Source of the DNA: a virus
Lineage: Duplodnaviria; Caudoviricetes
IMG/VR virus record: IMGVR_UViG_3300032250_000449
Coordinates: 29,053 to 93,052 of that record
Length of the DNA: 64,000 bases
Strand: one strand, 5' to 3'
The notes below the pieces were generated by a model that saw nothing but the letters and a program-made list of their open reading frames with translations, ran no database searches and had not been told where the DNA came from. Shown here one piece after another: positions 19,242-29,100 of the stretch. Numbering within the stretch: position 1 is the first letter of the stretch; every line of letters begins with the position of its first letter. The position numbers were made by a program, and so were the translations under genes.

Positions 19242-22200
19242 TTAGTTATTAGCTACTGCCACAATATCCCACTTATCATCAGTTGCATTATATATACAAC
19301 CTATATAAAGTGCGTTAGATGTTGGGCTAGTGGCAGCAGGAACAGTTACGCCCATGTTTCTATATTTTTGGGTTGACGAATCAAATGTTAATGTTCTTGT
19401 TGTTCCATTGTCTTTTATTCTAAACATCAATCTTTCGCCCTGAGAAGGACTTCCTATAGGAGCTTCTATATTTAAAGTTGTGCTTTGAGCAGTAATGACA
19501 TACATGTCATACAAGCTTATATCTGGTGAGAGAAGAGAAGTACTCACTTGTGTATTTACTCTTGGCGTAACTCTTTTATTGGTTAATTGTTGTGTTGTTG
19601 ATAGAGTAGAAACAACGCTTGTATCAACAAACACACCTGTTGAGTTTGCAATAATCCCTGTATTTGCATTTACATTCATATGTGTTGTATTAGAATTTAA
19701 ACCATTTCCTGATAGTAAACCACCAGTAAATGTAGACCAATACACACCATTTGTGCCATTCGATGTGAGGATTTGACTTGTTGATCCTAATGTACCACTA
19801 GAATCAATGATTCCTGCACCATAATTTATTTTGAGAAATGCATTAGCATTAAGAACTATATTTGCATTATGTGTATGAGTCGCCGTATTAGTAAACGTAT
19901 AAGAAGCAGTGGTATTGATAAAAAGATCAGTATTTGCTAATAATGCTAATGAAGTCCAGTAAACATTACCAGCACCATTTGATGCCAGTATTTGTCCTGC
20001 ACTTCCTTCAAACCCACGTGAATCATATATTTTGGCACCAGTATTAAAAACTAAAGCACTCGTGTCGCTCAAAACTATGTTTGCGTTATAAGTGAAAATT
20101 CCACTAAGTGTAAAGTTTGCTGATGTATTAACTACATACGAAGGAATTATATTTCCTTGTAGAGTTCCGGTAATAATATTAGTTGCATTTGTGTAGTATG
20201 TTGCTGGCTGATTATTTAATTTATTAGCATTTTCAATGGTGCCGGTAGTAGTTGCAAAAGATGATGCTGGTTGACCGGCGAGATAATTAGAATTATTTGC
20301 AAATAGAGCAGAATTTGAATTTAATACAGTACCAACAGTCGAGTTGGCAAAACCAAAAGGATTTGATGCTTGATAGAAGTATGAAGCAGGATTGCCCTGT
20401 AAATAATTAGAATTATTTGCATGTGTTGCAGTATTTGCATTATTGACATTAAGATTTGCTTCAGATTTACCATTTAAATTGTTTGAATTTAATACAGTAC
20501 CAACAGTCGAGTTAGCAAACCCAAAAGGATTTGATGATTGATAATAATAAGAAGATGGTTGACCATCAAGATTAGTTGCATTATTTGATGTGCCAACAGT
20601 CGAGTTGGCAAAACCATATGGGTTTGATGTTTGATAGAAGTATGAAGCAGGATTGCCCTGCAAATAATTAGAATTATTTGCATAAATTGCATTATTTACA
20701 CTTAAGTTACCTTCCGTCTTATTGTTCAGTTTATCAGCGTTTACAGCACTGTCTGCTGATGAAGCAGAGTCTGCTCTAGATACATGTAGTTCTGATTCTT
20801 GCTTTCCGCCTAATAAATTTGAGTTATTTGCGGTGTATGAAAACTCTGCATTTGTAGAATATACTGCACTATTGACATTGAGATTTGCTTCAGATTTACC
20901 ATTTACATTATTTGCATTAAAAGCAGTACCTAATGTACTATTGGCAAACTCAAAAGGATTTGATGTTTGATAATAATAAGAAGATGGTTGACCATCAAGA
21001 TTAGTTGCATTATTTGATGTGCCACTAAAGTTTGTAGGAGTAATCGTTGCATATTCAGTGTTGTTGCCAACGAAGATGGTATTTGCCATGAAGTTGGAAA
21101 TACGAAACGAAGGATGCGACTGATTTATATAGACTGAGATATCTGGTTCTGGTATATAACTGTCAAATACTTTCCACGTACCACTGTTGTGGTCTCTGAA
21201 GAAACCAGCGTGATGATATGTTCCATCATTATATCCAGCAGCAAAACCAAGGTCAGGATTTACGTCTGTCTTTCCTCTCGCTGATCCACCACTTGTATAT
21301 GAGTAATTATATGCATTTGCTATTTGAAAGTGTGTAGCATTTGCAAAATGAATATTGTGATATGTTCCATTCCAAGAGGAAGGATCAACACCAAATACAA
21401 AAACGTCCCAACCAGACGAAAAGTTGTTGTCCGCAGTAAATGTGACGTAAGTACCATTACCAGAGATATTTGTAATTCCTGCTAATATACCATTATTAAA
21501 GTATATCATATTATCAGTAATAGAGAAGTTGTTTGCTGTGATTACTGTAACACCATTAGCAACAGAAAGAGTGCCAGATAGAACAAGATTTTTAAATTCA
21601 ACGTTAGCAGAAGTTGTAACGTCTTGATTCATTCTGTATGGTAGTCTAGGCTCTGATAATATACCAGTGTTTATGTTGGTTGCATTGGTATAATATTCTG
21701 GAAGATTTCCTCCAAAATGATAAGCATTGTTTGATGTGCCAGTATATACAGATGAATTTACAGTAGCAGAACTTGAGAATGATATAGCGTTTGATACTGA
21801 AAGATTAATCAATCCATTCAAATCGGCTCTGAAAGCACTTCCGTCACCAGTAGTAATAGTAAACGTATTGTTTGAATTATTAAAATCATATGCAGTAACA
21901 CCAGCAACCGCAGTAACTGTTGCTGTATTAACTCTACCATACTGATCTATAGTTAGAACAGGAATAGATGAAGAGTTTCCGTATTGTCCTGCTATAACAG
22001 TTGTTGATGGAAGACGAGCTTCATTCAATGTACCAGTGTTTATGTTGGTAGCATTGGTATAATATGAGGGTAGATTGTTTCCAAAATATGTAGAATTGTT
22101 TGCAGTATATGCAAATTGTGTATTTGTCGAGTATACGGCTGAGTTTACATTAAGATTTACTTCAAGTTTACCGCCTAGTAATGAAGCATTATTAGCAGTA

Positions 22201-22379
22201 TATGCAAAAGAAATGTTAGAAGTCCAGTATCTAACACCATTAGTATTTGAAGCTAATACTTGACCGACAACACTAGGGTTTCCTAGAGCCTTCTCAAGTT
22301 CTGTTGGTAAAATATATCCAGATACATTAAAGTTTGTATTTGTAGTCTTAATAGCACCAGATAGAAAAGAAAATGCCAT
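19242..22379 (-). CDS. Long tail-fibre-like protein with Asn-rich repeats and C-terminal adaptor-like domain
   Basis: GQVLAS..NG..YW motifs, NA..L.G.PASYY repeats, GKxExNLNVN repeats; C-terminal RVTPRV...RIKDNGT.R.LT...GCIYNATDDKWD. Confidence 0.7.
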   Translation of the reverse strand: MAFSFLSGAIKTTNTNFNVSGYILPTELEKALGNPSVVGQVLASNTNGVRYWTSNISFAYTANNASLLGGKLEVNLNVNSAVYSTNTQFAYTANNSTYFGNNLPSYYTNATNINTGTLNEARLPSTTVIAGQYGNSSSIPVLTIDQYGRVNTATVTAVAGVTAYDFNNSNNTFTITTGDGSAFRADLNGLINLSVSNAISFSSSATVNSSVYTGTSNNAYHFGGNLPEYYTNATNINTGILSEPRLPYRMNQDVTTSANVEFKNLVLSGTLSVANGVTVITANNFSITDNMIYFNNGILAGITNISGNGTYVTFTADNNFSSGWDVFVFGVDPSSWNGTYHNIHFANATHFQIANAYNYSYTSGGSARGKTDVNPDLGFAAGYNDGTYHHAGFFRDHNSGTWKVFDSYIPEPDISVYINQSHPSFRISNFMANTIFVGNNTEYATITPTNFSGTSNNATNLDGQPSSYYYQTSNPFEFANSTLGTAFNANNVNGKSEANLNVNSAVYSTNAEFSYTANNSNLLGGKQESELHVSRADSASSADSAVNADKLNNKTEGNLSVNNAIYANNSNYLQGNPASYFYQTSNPYGFANSTVGTSNNATNLDGQPSSYYYQSSNPFGFANSTVGTVLNSNNLNGKSEANLNVNNANTATHANNSNYLQGNPASYFYQASNPFGFANSTVGTVLNSNSALFANNSNYLAGQPASSFATTTGTIENANKLNNQPATYYTNATNIITGTLQGNIIPSYVVNTSANFTLSGIFTYNANIVLSDTSALVFNTGAKIYDSRGFEGSAGQILASNGAGNVYWTSLALLANTDLFINTTASYTFTNTATHTHNANIVLNANAFLKINYGAGIIDSSGTLGSTSQILTSNGTNGVYWSTFTGGLLSGNGLNSNTTHMNVNANTGIIANSTGVFVDTSVVSTLSTTQQLTNKRVTPRVNTQVSTSLLSPDISLYDMYVITAQSTTLNIEAPIGSPSQGERLMFRIKDNGTTRTLTFDSSTQKYRNMGVTVPAATSPTSNALYIGCIYNATDDKWDIVAVANN
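20270..21030. repeat. Dispersed in-frame near-identical repeats in fibre gene
   Basis: For example, a 58-nt exact copy at 20538-20595 and 20967-21024; ANNSNYLQGNPASYFYQ and SNPFGFANSTVG recur. Confidence 0.85.
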
Positions 22380-22381
22380 TA

Positions 22382-22846
22382 TTAAATAACTCCAATGTGC
22401 TCAGCAGATAGTTTTTCTTCCGCAGCGGCCCAAACATCAAAAGTATTGTTTGCTTCTGCTCTTATCTGTAAACGGTCTCCATTTGTGCCAGCAGCATTCC
22501 TTTTAAATAGACTACGCCCCTGAATAGGAAAAAATAGAGTATCATTAGGCGGAATAACAACTCGACCAAAATCAACCACCACATCTGCTTCAGTTTTTAA
22601 TATTACTTCAATCCATGCTAAATTTTCTGTTTTATTTTTAACAGAGAGTGGTGTAACAAAAAAGATTTCACCGGGACGGATAGCTCTTGTACTATCTGTA
22701 GGGTCTCTTGTTGTATAATTTTGCGAAGGATCAGGAACAGAGAAGTCAGGAGCCTCTGCAATTGTCGTAAATGATGTTGTGACATTAGCCAACGATACAA
22801 GTATTGCCTTACCTGTTGATGGCGTTTTACATGTTATTCTAGCCAC
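22382..22846 (-). CDS. Small beta-sandwich-like virion protein (paralog of 29623-30063)
   Basis: FTTIAEAPDFSVP...GDRLQIRA pattern shared with the 146-aa ORF; GTG start. Confidence 0.6.
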   Translation of the reverse strand: MARITCKTPSTGKAILVSLANVTTSFTTIAEAPDFSVPDPSQNYTTRDPTDSTRAIRPGEIFFVTPLSVKNKTENLAWIEVILKTEADVVVDFGRVVIPPNDTLFFPIQGRSLFKRNAAGTNGDRLQIRAEANNTFDVWAAAEEKLSAEHIGVI

Positions 22847-22848
22847 TT

Positions 22849-24483
22849 TTAAAAACTCCTAGATATGGCAGTGCGTGTTGCAATTCTATTGACAGCTTGC
22901 TCAAATGGAGGACCACCCAATTCGCCAGTATCCGAATTAATTTCTAGACCACCAACGAAAATAGCGTTACCTTGATCATCCTGTCCAGATGCAATAACTC
23001 TCCCATTATTTATCTCAAGAATACTATCCTGAATACTTGCTTGATTTCTTACTGGTGGAATTTTTGTAAGAGCAACACCAGCCAATACGCCTGTAAATGT
23101 ATGACCAATAGCAGTAATCGTAGAAGGTTCTACTCTTAAGTTTGGTGAAGTTAATGATGTTGTTAAAGCAGTAACAAGGTTTCCTACAATAATATCAGAA
23201 TTGGCGTTTACATCAGGTAAAGCTTGAATTTGGTCTCTCATGAATTCAAATGAGTAAATAAAAGCGTTCTGTTTATCTGGTGTGTATACTTTATTTCCAT
23301 TATAATCAAATAAACCTTTAGCAAAATCTTGCATAGGTTTTTCATTTGCAGTTTGTAATGTCCAACTTATGCATTGTAAGAAGGTATTTGAATCTCTTCT
23401 TGTAAATGCTTCGTCTTCTGCATTCCATGTTGTAGTATATCCGTTAGAAACAAGATTTGCCCATAAATTATTAATGATTGTTCCACGTGAATTATTTATA
23501 GAATTTGCTGATGTTGCTTGTATGGATAATGTAGTATTTGCTTCTTCTGGATAAAGAATATATCGACCACCAGTAGCAACCAATGTATAGTCACCAAACT
23601 GTGTCGAGCAAGATGAAAGAATAATCTGACCGCCATTAGCTGCCATGAAGTGTCTATGACACCAAAGCGAAACTGCGTTTACCGCATTGATCAAAGCACC
23701 ATTCTTAGCAAGATATCCTATACCATTATGTGTAACAGGAGTAGCACCCCATGTCATGATGTTAGGATAAATGCTATATGGAGAGCACACAGCGCCGTCA
23801 GCTAGAACAACACCGGCACCAACCGCTACATATGGATTGCTATTGGCAGCATCTAGTGGTGGCGGAATATAAGACCATGATGGAGGTGTTCTAATAGCAA
23901 TCTTGTGAGCGTATGGAGCACGTGTGATGACTGCACCGGGACGAAATGAAATAGCAAAACCTTCTGTAGGATTATCTAGACTATCAAGCTGCCATTCTTC
24001 AAACAACGGACCTTCTATAAAACATCCAGAACCCATTCTGAATACGTTGCGTTGCTTGAAACCAGCCTTTGGTTTAAAGATTACTGTTCTATGCACTGCA
24101 CGAATCATACAATTGTCAGGCATATCAAGATGCCCCTCAGTCTCATACTCACCCGGCCCTATATCGATAAGAGTGATTAGACCGTTTCGTGTAGTAGCCT
24201 CTTGAAGCGCCTTTTCAATAGTTGCAAATGCAGTATCCCATGATATACCATCATTAAGATCAGAACCATTTTTTGATACAAAGAATGCATTTCCTACAGG
24301 AACCTTACCAACAAACTCAACTATGGCTTCTGTTGGATCATTAGTTTCATTAAGATAAGAACGTTTGGTGTAAAGTCTACCATCATTTGTATTAATTGCA
24401 ATTTCGCCCAAGCTAAGATTATTAGCTTGGGGCTTTTTACCTTTTACATTACTGCGTTTAAAAAATATTTGATTATTTGCCAT
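22849..24483 (-). CDS. Tailspike-like beta-helix (pectin-lyase-fold-like) protein with N-terminal fibre-joint motif
   Basis: N-terminus IFFKRSNVKGKKP..LSLGEIAINTNDGRLY; FFVSKNGSDLNDG...FATIEKAL...IGPGEY beta-helix cap; paralog of 30065-32284. Confidence 0.7.
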   Translation of the reverse strand: MANNQIFFKRSNVKGKKPQANNLSLGEIAINTNDGRLYTKRSYLNETNDPTEAIVEFVGKVPVGNAFFVSKNGSDLNDGISWDTAFATIEKALQEATTRNGLITLIDIGPGEYETEGHLDMPDNCMIRAVHRTVIFKPKAGFKQRNVFRMGSGCFIEGPLFEEWQLDSLDNPTEGFAISFRPGAVITRAPYAHKIAIRTPPSWSYIPPPLDAANSNPYVAVGAGVVLADGAVCSPYSIYPNIMTWGATPVTHNGIGYLAKNGALINAVNAVSLWCHRHFMAANGGQIILSSCSTQFGDYTLVATGGRYILYPEEANTTLSIQATSANSINNSRGTIINNLWANLVSNGYTTTWNAEDEAFTRRDSNTFLQCISWTLQTANEKPMQDFAKGLFDYNGNKVYTPDKQNAFIYSFEFMRDQIQALPDVNANSDIIVGNLVTALTTSLTSPNLRVEPSTITAIGHTFTGVLAGVALTKIPPVRNQASIQDSILEINNGRVIASGQDDQGNAIFVGGLEINSDTGELGGPPFEQAVNRIATRTAISRSF

Positions 24484-25325
24484 TAATAGACTCCACAGTC
24501 AATAATACCATTAAAATAGGTTGCAGTATTGGCTGTTATTGCAAGCGCAGAAAGGGTAGCATATGTGGCGGTGTCTACATCAAGCTCTGCTTCAAGTTTA
24601 CCATTTAAATAAGTTGCAGAATTTGCATATATCGCATTATTTACGTTAAGATTTGATTCAACTTTACCACTTATATAAATTGCGCTGTTTACATTAAGAC
24701 TTCCTTCAGCTTTACCACCCAAGTATGAAGAATTATTTGCATATATCGCATTATTTACGTTTAGGTTCGTCTCTGTCTTACCGCCCAAATACAACGAAGA
24801 ATTTGCATATATCGCATTATTTACGTTAAGTGTGCCTTCTGATTTTCCTGATAAGTATAAGGCACTATTAGACGTAATGGCATTATTTACATTTAATTGA
24901 TCCTCAGTCTTTCCTCTTAAAAACTGAGAATTGTTTGCTGATCCGGCAACACCAGATGATGAGTTGACAAACCCGTAAGGATTAGTATTTAGATAGTAGT
25001 TTTGTAGAGCACTATTTGCAGCAAAAAAGGTGTCGGGTTTATTGTTTAAGTATAATGCATTATTAACCGAAACGCTACCAGTGGTTGAATTTGTTATAAA
25101 TGCCGATTTTACATCGTATTGATTAGTAGTAGCATTCCATATTAAAGTAGCACCATCAGTACGATTAGTCAAATTCAACCCAAGATCATCAATAGTATGA
25201 ATCTCTTGAATTTGGTTCTTCACTGTAATAGGATCAGTAGACTGAATATTTCCGTCTACTTTATTCACCTTTACATTAAATGAAGTCTCAGTTAATTTAA
25301 CAGTAATGTTGTTTAAATCTGTCAT
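24483..25325 (-). CDS. Fibre segment protein with 17-aa repeats
   Basis: About six (L)xGKxExxLNVNNAIYANS repeats; DGATLIWNATTNQY motif; ends IDCGVY. Confidence 0.7.
   Translation of the reverse strand: MTDLNNITVKLTETSFNVKVNKVDGNIQSTDPITVKNQIQEIHTIDDLGLNLTNRTDGATLIWNATTNQYDVKSAFITNSTTGSVSVNNALYLNNKPDTFFAANSALQNYYLNTNPYGFVNSSSGVAGSANNSQFLRGKTEDQLNVNNAITSNSALYLSGKSEGTLNVNNAIYANSSLYLGGKTETNLNVNNAIYANNSSYLGGKAEGSLNVNSAIYISGKVESNLNVNNAIYANSATYLNGKLEAELDVDTATYATLSALAITANTATYFNGIIDCGVY
24560..24930. repeat. ~51-nt in-frame repeats (GKxExxLNVNNAIYANSxxYL)
   Basis: atttgcatatatcgcattatttacgtt occurs three times exactly, with further degenerate copies. Confidence 0.85.
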
Positions 25326-25648
25326 GTCTTAGTGACCTGTGGATAAACGGTCACAATCCCTTCTACAATTCTACTTTTTACGCCAGTGGATGAGGTTAGC
25401 TCACAATCATACACATATCTACCGGGACTGATTGAATTTGAGTTGCTAGAACTTAAAGATAGAGTTACAGCACCGTTTGATATTGTTACACCAAAATCAT
25501 AAGCAGTGAGAGATGTATAATGCTTACGAAATTGTGCTTTACCAGTATATCCAGTGAGAACTATGGGCGCATTGTTTCCGTCAGTTACATTAACTGTTAC
25601 TCTAAAATCAGTACCCTGATCAATATTGATGTTACTTTTAGTAGCCAT
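25322..25648 (-). CDS. Small Ig/BppU-like virion structural protein (fibre anchor candidate)
   Basis: NINIDQGTDF...LTGYT..AQFRK...GRYVYD.E.....RIVEG.VTV.PQVT, a pattern I recognise from T4-like phage structural proteins. Confidence 0.7.
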   Translation of the reverse strand: MATKSNINIDQGTDFRVTVNVTDGNNAPIVLTGYTGKAQFRKHYTSLTAYDFGVTISNGAVTLSLSSSNSNSISPGRYVYDCELTSSTGVKSRIVEGIVTVYPQVTKT

Positions 25649-25662
25649 TTTACTCTCTTATA

Positions 25663-26181
25663 TTATACCCCGTTAGGATATTTATCTTTAATTTCATCCA
25701 TAATATTTAAGAGTGCTTGAAAACAAGCTCTGGCTTCTTCAGTTATATCGTCTCTTGTTCTATAAGTTTGAAGAACTGCTATTGAGGCTTTACGATCTTC
25801 CCATTCAAGATGTTTGGTTGGGAATCCTTCTAATCTTCTACGCATAATCTCGCCACCCATAAGATGTGCGCCTGTTAGAACATAGATAGCACCGTCAATA
25901 GCCTTGTCATTGTTGAGTGTCTTGATATATTCCTGTGCGGCTCTAAGCTCACCTACCATAACATCCATACAAGACATGTCTTCAAGAATCTGATACGATC
26001 TTAATATTTCATTTGGAACATGAAGATCGATCACATTATGGATTTGGAATAGTGCTCTAAGCCACGCAGCATACCACACACGAGGAGGATTACCTGTTGC
26101 CATGGCACCACCTACCTCATGTGCTTCACATGCGTGATGAAGGTCTCTCGTTTCTTCCCATAGTGGTTTTACTGTTGTCAT
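25663..26181 (-). CDS. Heme oxygenase-like protein
   Basis: Proximal-His helix LWEETRDLHHACE, distal helix GAIYVLTGAHLMGG, C-terminal EEARACF. Start set to ATG 26181, overlapping the upstream stop as ATGA. Confidence 0.75.
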   Translation of the reverse strand: MTTVKPLWEETRDLHHACEAHEVGGAMATGNPPRVWYAAWLRALFQIHNVIDLHVPNEILRSYQILEDMSCMDVMVGELRAAQEYIKTLNNDKAIDGAIYVLTGAHLMGGEIMRRRLEGFPTKHLEWEDRKASIAVLQTYRTRDDITEEARACFQALLNIMDEIKDKYPNGV

Positions 26182-29100
26182 GGTGTGTTGTCCGAATTTA
26201 TGGTAAATGGTACCCATTTTGCTCCTTCAACCTGATCAATCAAGTATGTTTTAGCATCATATGTAAGATTATAAGGACCGCCAAAATCTGCTGTTGAATA
26301 TGTGTTCTTAAAGAATTTATCTGACATACCACCAAATTCTACAGATGGTTGATTACCAGCTAAACTAGCTTTATTTGCAAATGATATCAAAAGTCTGGAA
26401 ATATTAGTATTACTCATTTTACTGTTAGTAAATATAGAACCCATTTTTACGCTTGTTGATGATACCTTTAATGTCCAACTTGAGATATCTTGATTAAACT
26501 CATTCGGTATAATAGTACTTTGACCTTGGAACATTGATGCAAAGGTTGAAACATTTGATACATTCCAAGCTGCAACATTTTGATTAAATGTGTTTGCGCC
26601 TTGGAACATAGAAGACATATCAACTACACTACTAGTATTCCAATTTGAAATGTTTCCATTAAATTGATAATTGTTTCTAAACATATTTTGCATGTTGGTA
26701 ACTTTAGATGTGTTCCATGTTGATATGTTACCACTAAATGTTGTGTTATTAAAAAACATAAGTAACATACTAGTTACATTACTAGTGTTCCAATTAGACA
26801 AATTTAAATTGCCAATTTTTGGTGCAATACTATTCAAACCAGATGAATTAGTGCCAGAAAACATATTTTGCATGTTGGTAACTTTAGATGTATTCCATGT
26901 TGATATGTTACCAGAAAAAAGCTGAGCATTTTGGAAAGTGGTAGACATATTAGTTACATTACCAGTGTTCCATGAATTTAAATTCTGATTGAATGCTCTT
27001 GCTGAATTGAACATAGAAGATATATCGGTAACTTTAGAAACATCCCACGTATTAATACCTTGATCAAATGCCCACGCACTACTAAACATACTACCCATTG
27101 ATGTTACATTACTAGTGTTCCATGAGTTTAAATTCTGATTGAATGTTCTTGCATTTCTAAACATACTTTGCATGTCAGTAACTTTAGATGTATTCCATGT
27201 TGATACATTACCATTGAACGTAGTAGGAATAGAAGAAGTTGTTCCGTAAAACATGCTCGACATAGTAGTCACATTACCAGTATTCCATGAATCTAGGTTT
27301 TGATTGAATTTTATTGCATTTTGGAACATAAAACTCATATCAGTAACTTTTGAAGTATCGGTAAAATATAAATTACCATTAAAAGAGCTTGCCCCGCTAA
27401 ACATTTGGAACATGCTGGTAACGTTACCAGTGTTCCAACTTAATGAACTATTAGCTCTAGTTGCATTTAAAAACATATTAGACATACTAGTAACTTTAGA
27501 TGTATTCCATGTTGATACATTACCATTGAACACAGTAGCATCTCTAAACATGGTAGACATATTAGTTACATTACCAGTATTCCACAAATCTAGGTCTTGA
27601 TTATATTTACTTGCACCATAAAACATTTGCGACATGTTAGTGACACTTGACGTATTCCACGATGAGATATCGCCAGTAAAAAGTTTAGCATTTTGGAAAG
27701 TGGCAAACATACTAGTTACATTACCAGTGTTCCACAGATTTAAATTCTGATTAAAAGAATTTGCTAAATTGAACGTCTGCCCCATGTTAGTAACTCTTGA
27801 TGTATTCCATGTTGATATATTTTGATTAAATTTCAAAGTATTTTGGAAAGTGGCAAACATATTAGTAACTCTTGATGTATTCCATGTCGATATATTGCCA
27901 TTAAAGTTTGTTGCGCCATCAAACATTTGTTGTAATGAAGTTGCAGAAGATGTATTCCATGTCGATACATTACCATTAAATAGTGTTGCGTTTCTAAATG
28001 TACTAATAAAGGAAGGAACGCTTGAGGTGTCCCATCTATTCAAATCTTTATTGAATGATGTTGCTCCTTCAAATGTGCTTGACATGGATTGATTGATACT
28101 TGATGTATTCCAAAATGAAATATTTGCATTAAAATTTCTGGCATTTTGAAATGCGCTTGGTATCCAATTAAGACTTCTTGTGTCCCATTTTGAAATGTCT
28201 TGATTGAATAATGTACAATTTTGAAAAATTGCAGATATATCGGTAACTTTAGAAACATCCCAATCTCTTACAGAAGGTGAGTTAAACGAATTTGCCCCAG
28301 AAAACATGCTCCAAAGACTAGTAACATTTACTGGTAGATATGCAGGAACATCTTGTAAATTTATACAATTTCTAAATGCACCAGAAAGATTTGTGATGTT
28401 TACGTTTGCACCAAACGACTGACAATTAACAATCATAATTTGTGAATTTGCTAGGTTCTCGGTTAATCCAGAAACAATTGAAGTTGAAGTACCAAAATGT
28501 GTTATACTTCCACTCACTTCAATTTTATAAATTCCGTGCTCTTCATAGGTATGATCATGAGAAATAAGAGTACCATTATTTGAAACTATCTCAATATTAC
28601 CATCACCCCAATCAATGGTAGCTGTTGTTCCATTGGTGCCATTGATTGTCACATAGAATTTTTTTTCATAAGATGGGTCTGTTGTAGGATTTAAGTTTGT
28701 ATCAATATAAAGAACCAAATTTGGATATGGAATCTTAAATTGACTCTTTTCAGAATACTTTGAAGATGCTACACCCGGAAGAACATAACGACCTTCCCAC
28801 TCATACATTATATTAGGATCAAGATTAAGATTTGTAACTGAAAAGAAATTATTTGGTGTAAGGTTAGTACCAGATTTTTTCATCATATCATTGTCAAATT
28901 CATAAATTTGAAATTCAGCATAATTACTAAGACTGCTACCAAACGATAGACCAAAAGGACTTGAAAAATCAGACAAAGTAACACGTGTTGCTTCTGCTCC
29001 AATCAAAGTAGCCGAAGATGGAGTGTCAATCAAATAATCAGTAAAGACTTGTTTCTGTGCCTTAGATTTAGCAGAAGGTTCTGTTGGTAAATCTGTTAAT

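Noticed and set aside
26182-26217. Upstream start for the heme-oxygenase-like ORF
   Set aside because: The ATGA overlap at 26178-26181 gives a better coupled start.
26430-28330. CRISPR array or DGR template/variable repeat pair
   Set aside because: Repeats are in-frame coding units without unique spacers. I saw no adenine-specific mismatch pattern, and no reverse transcriptase or cas gene is in the window.
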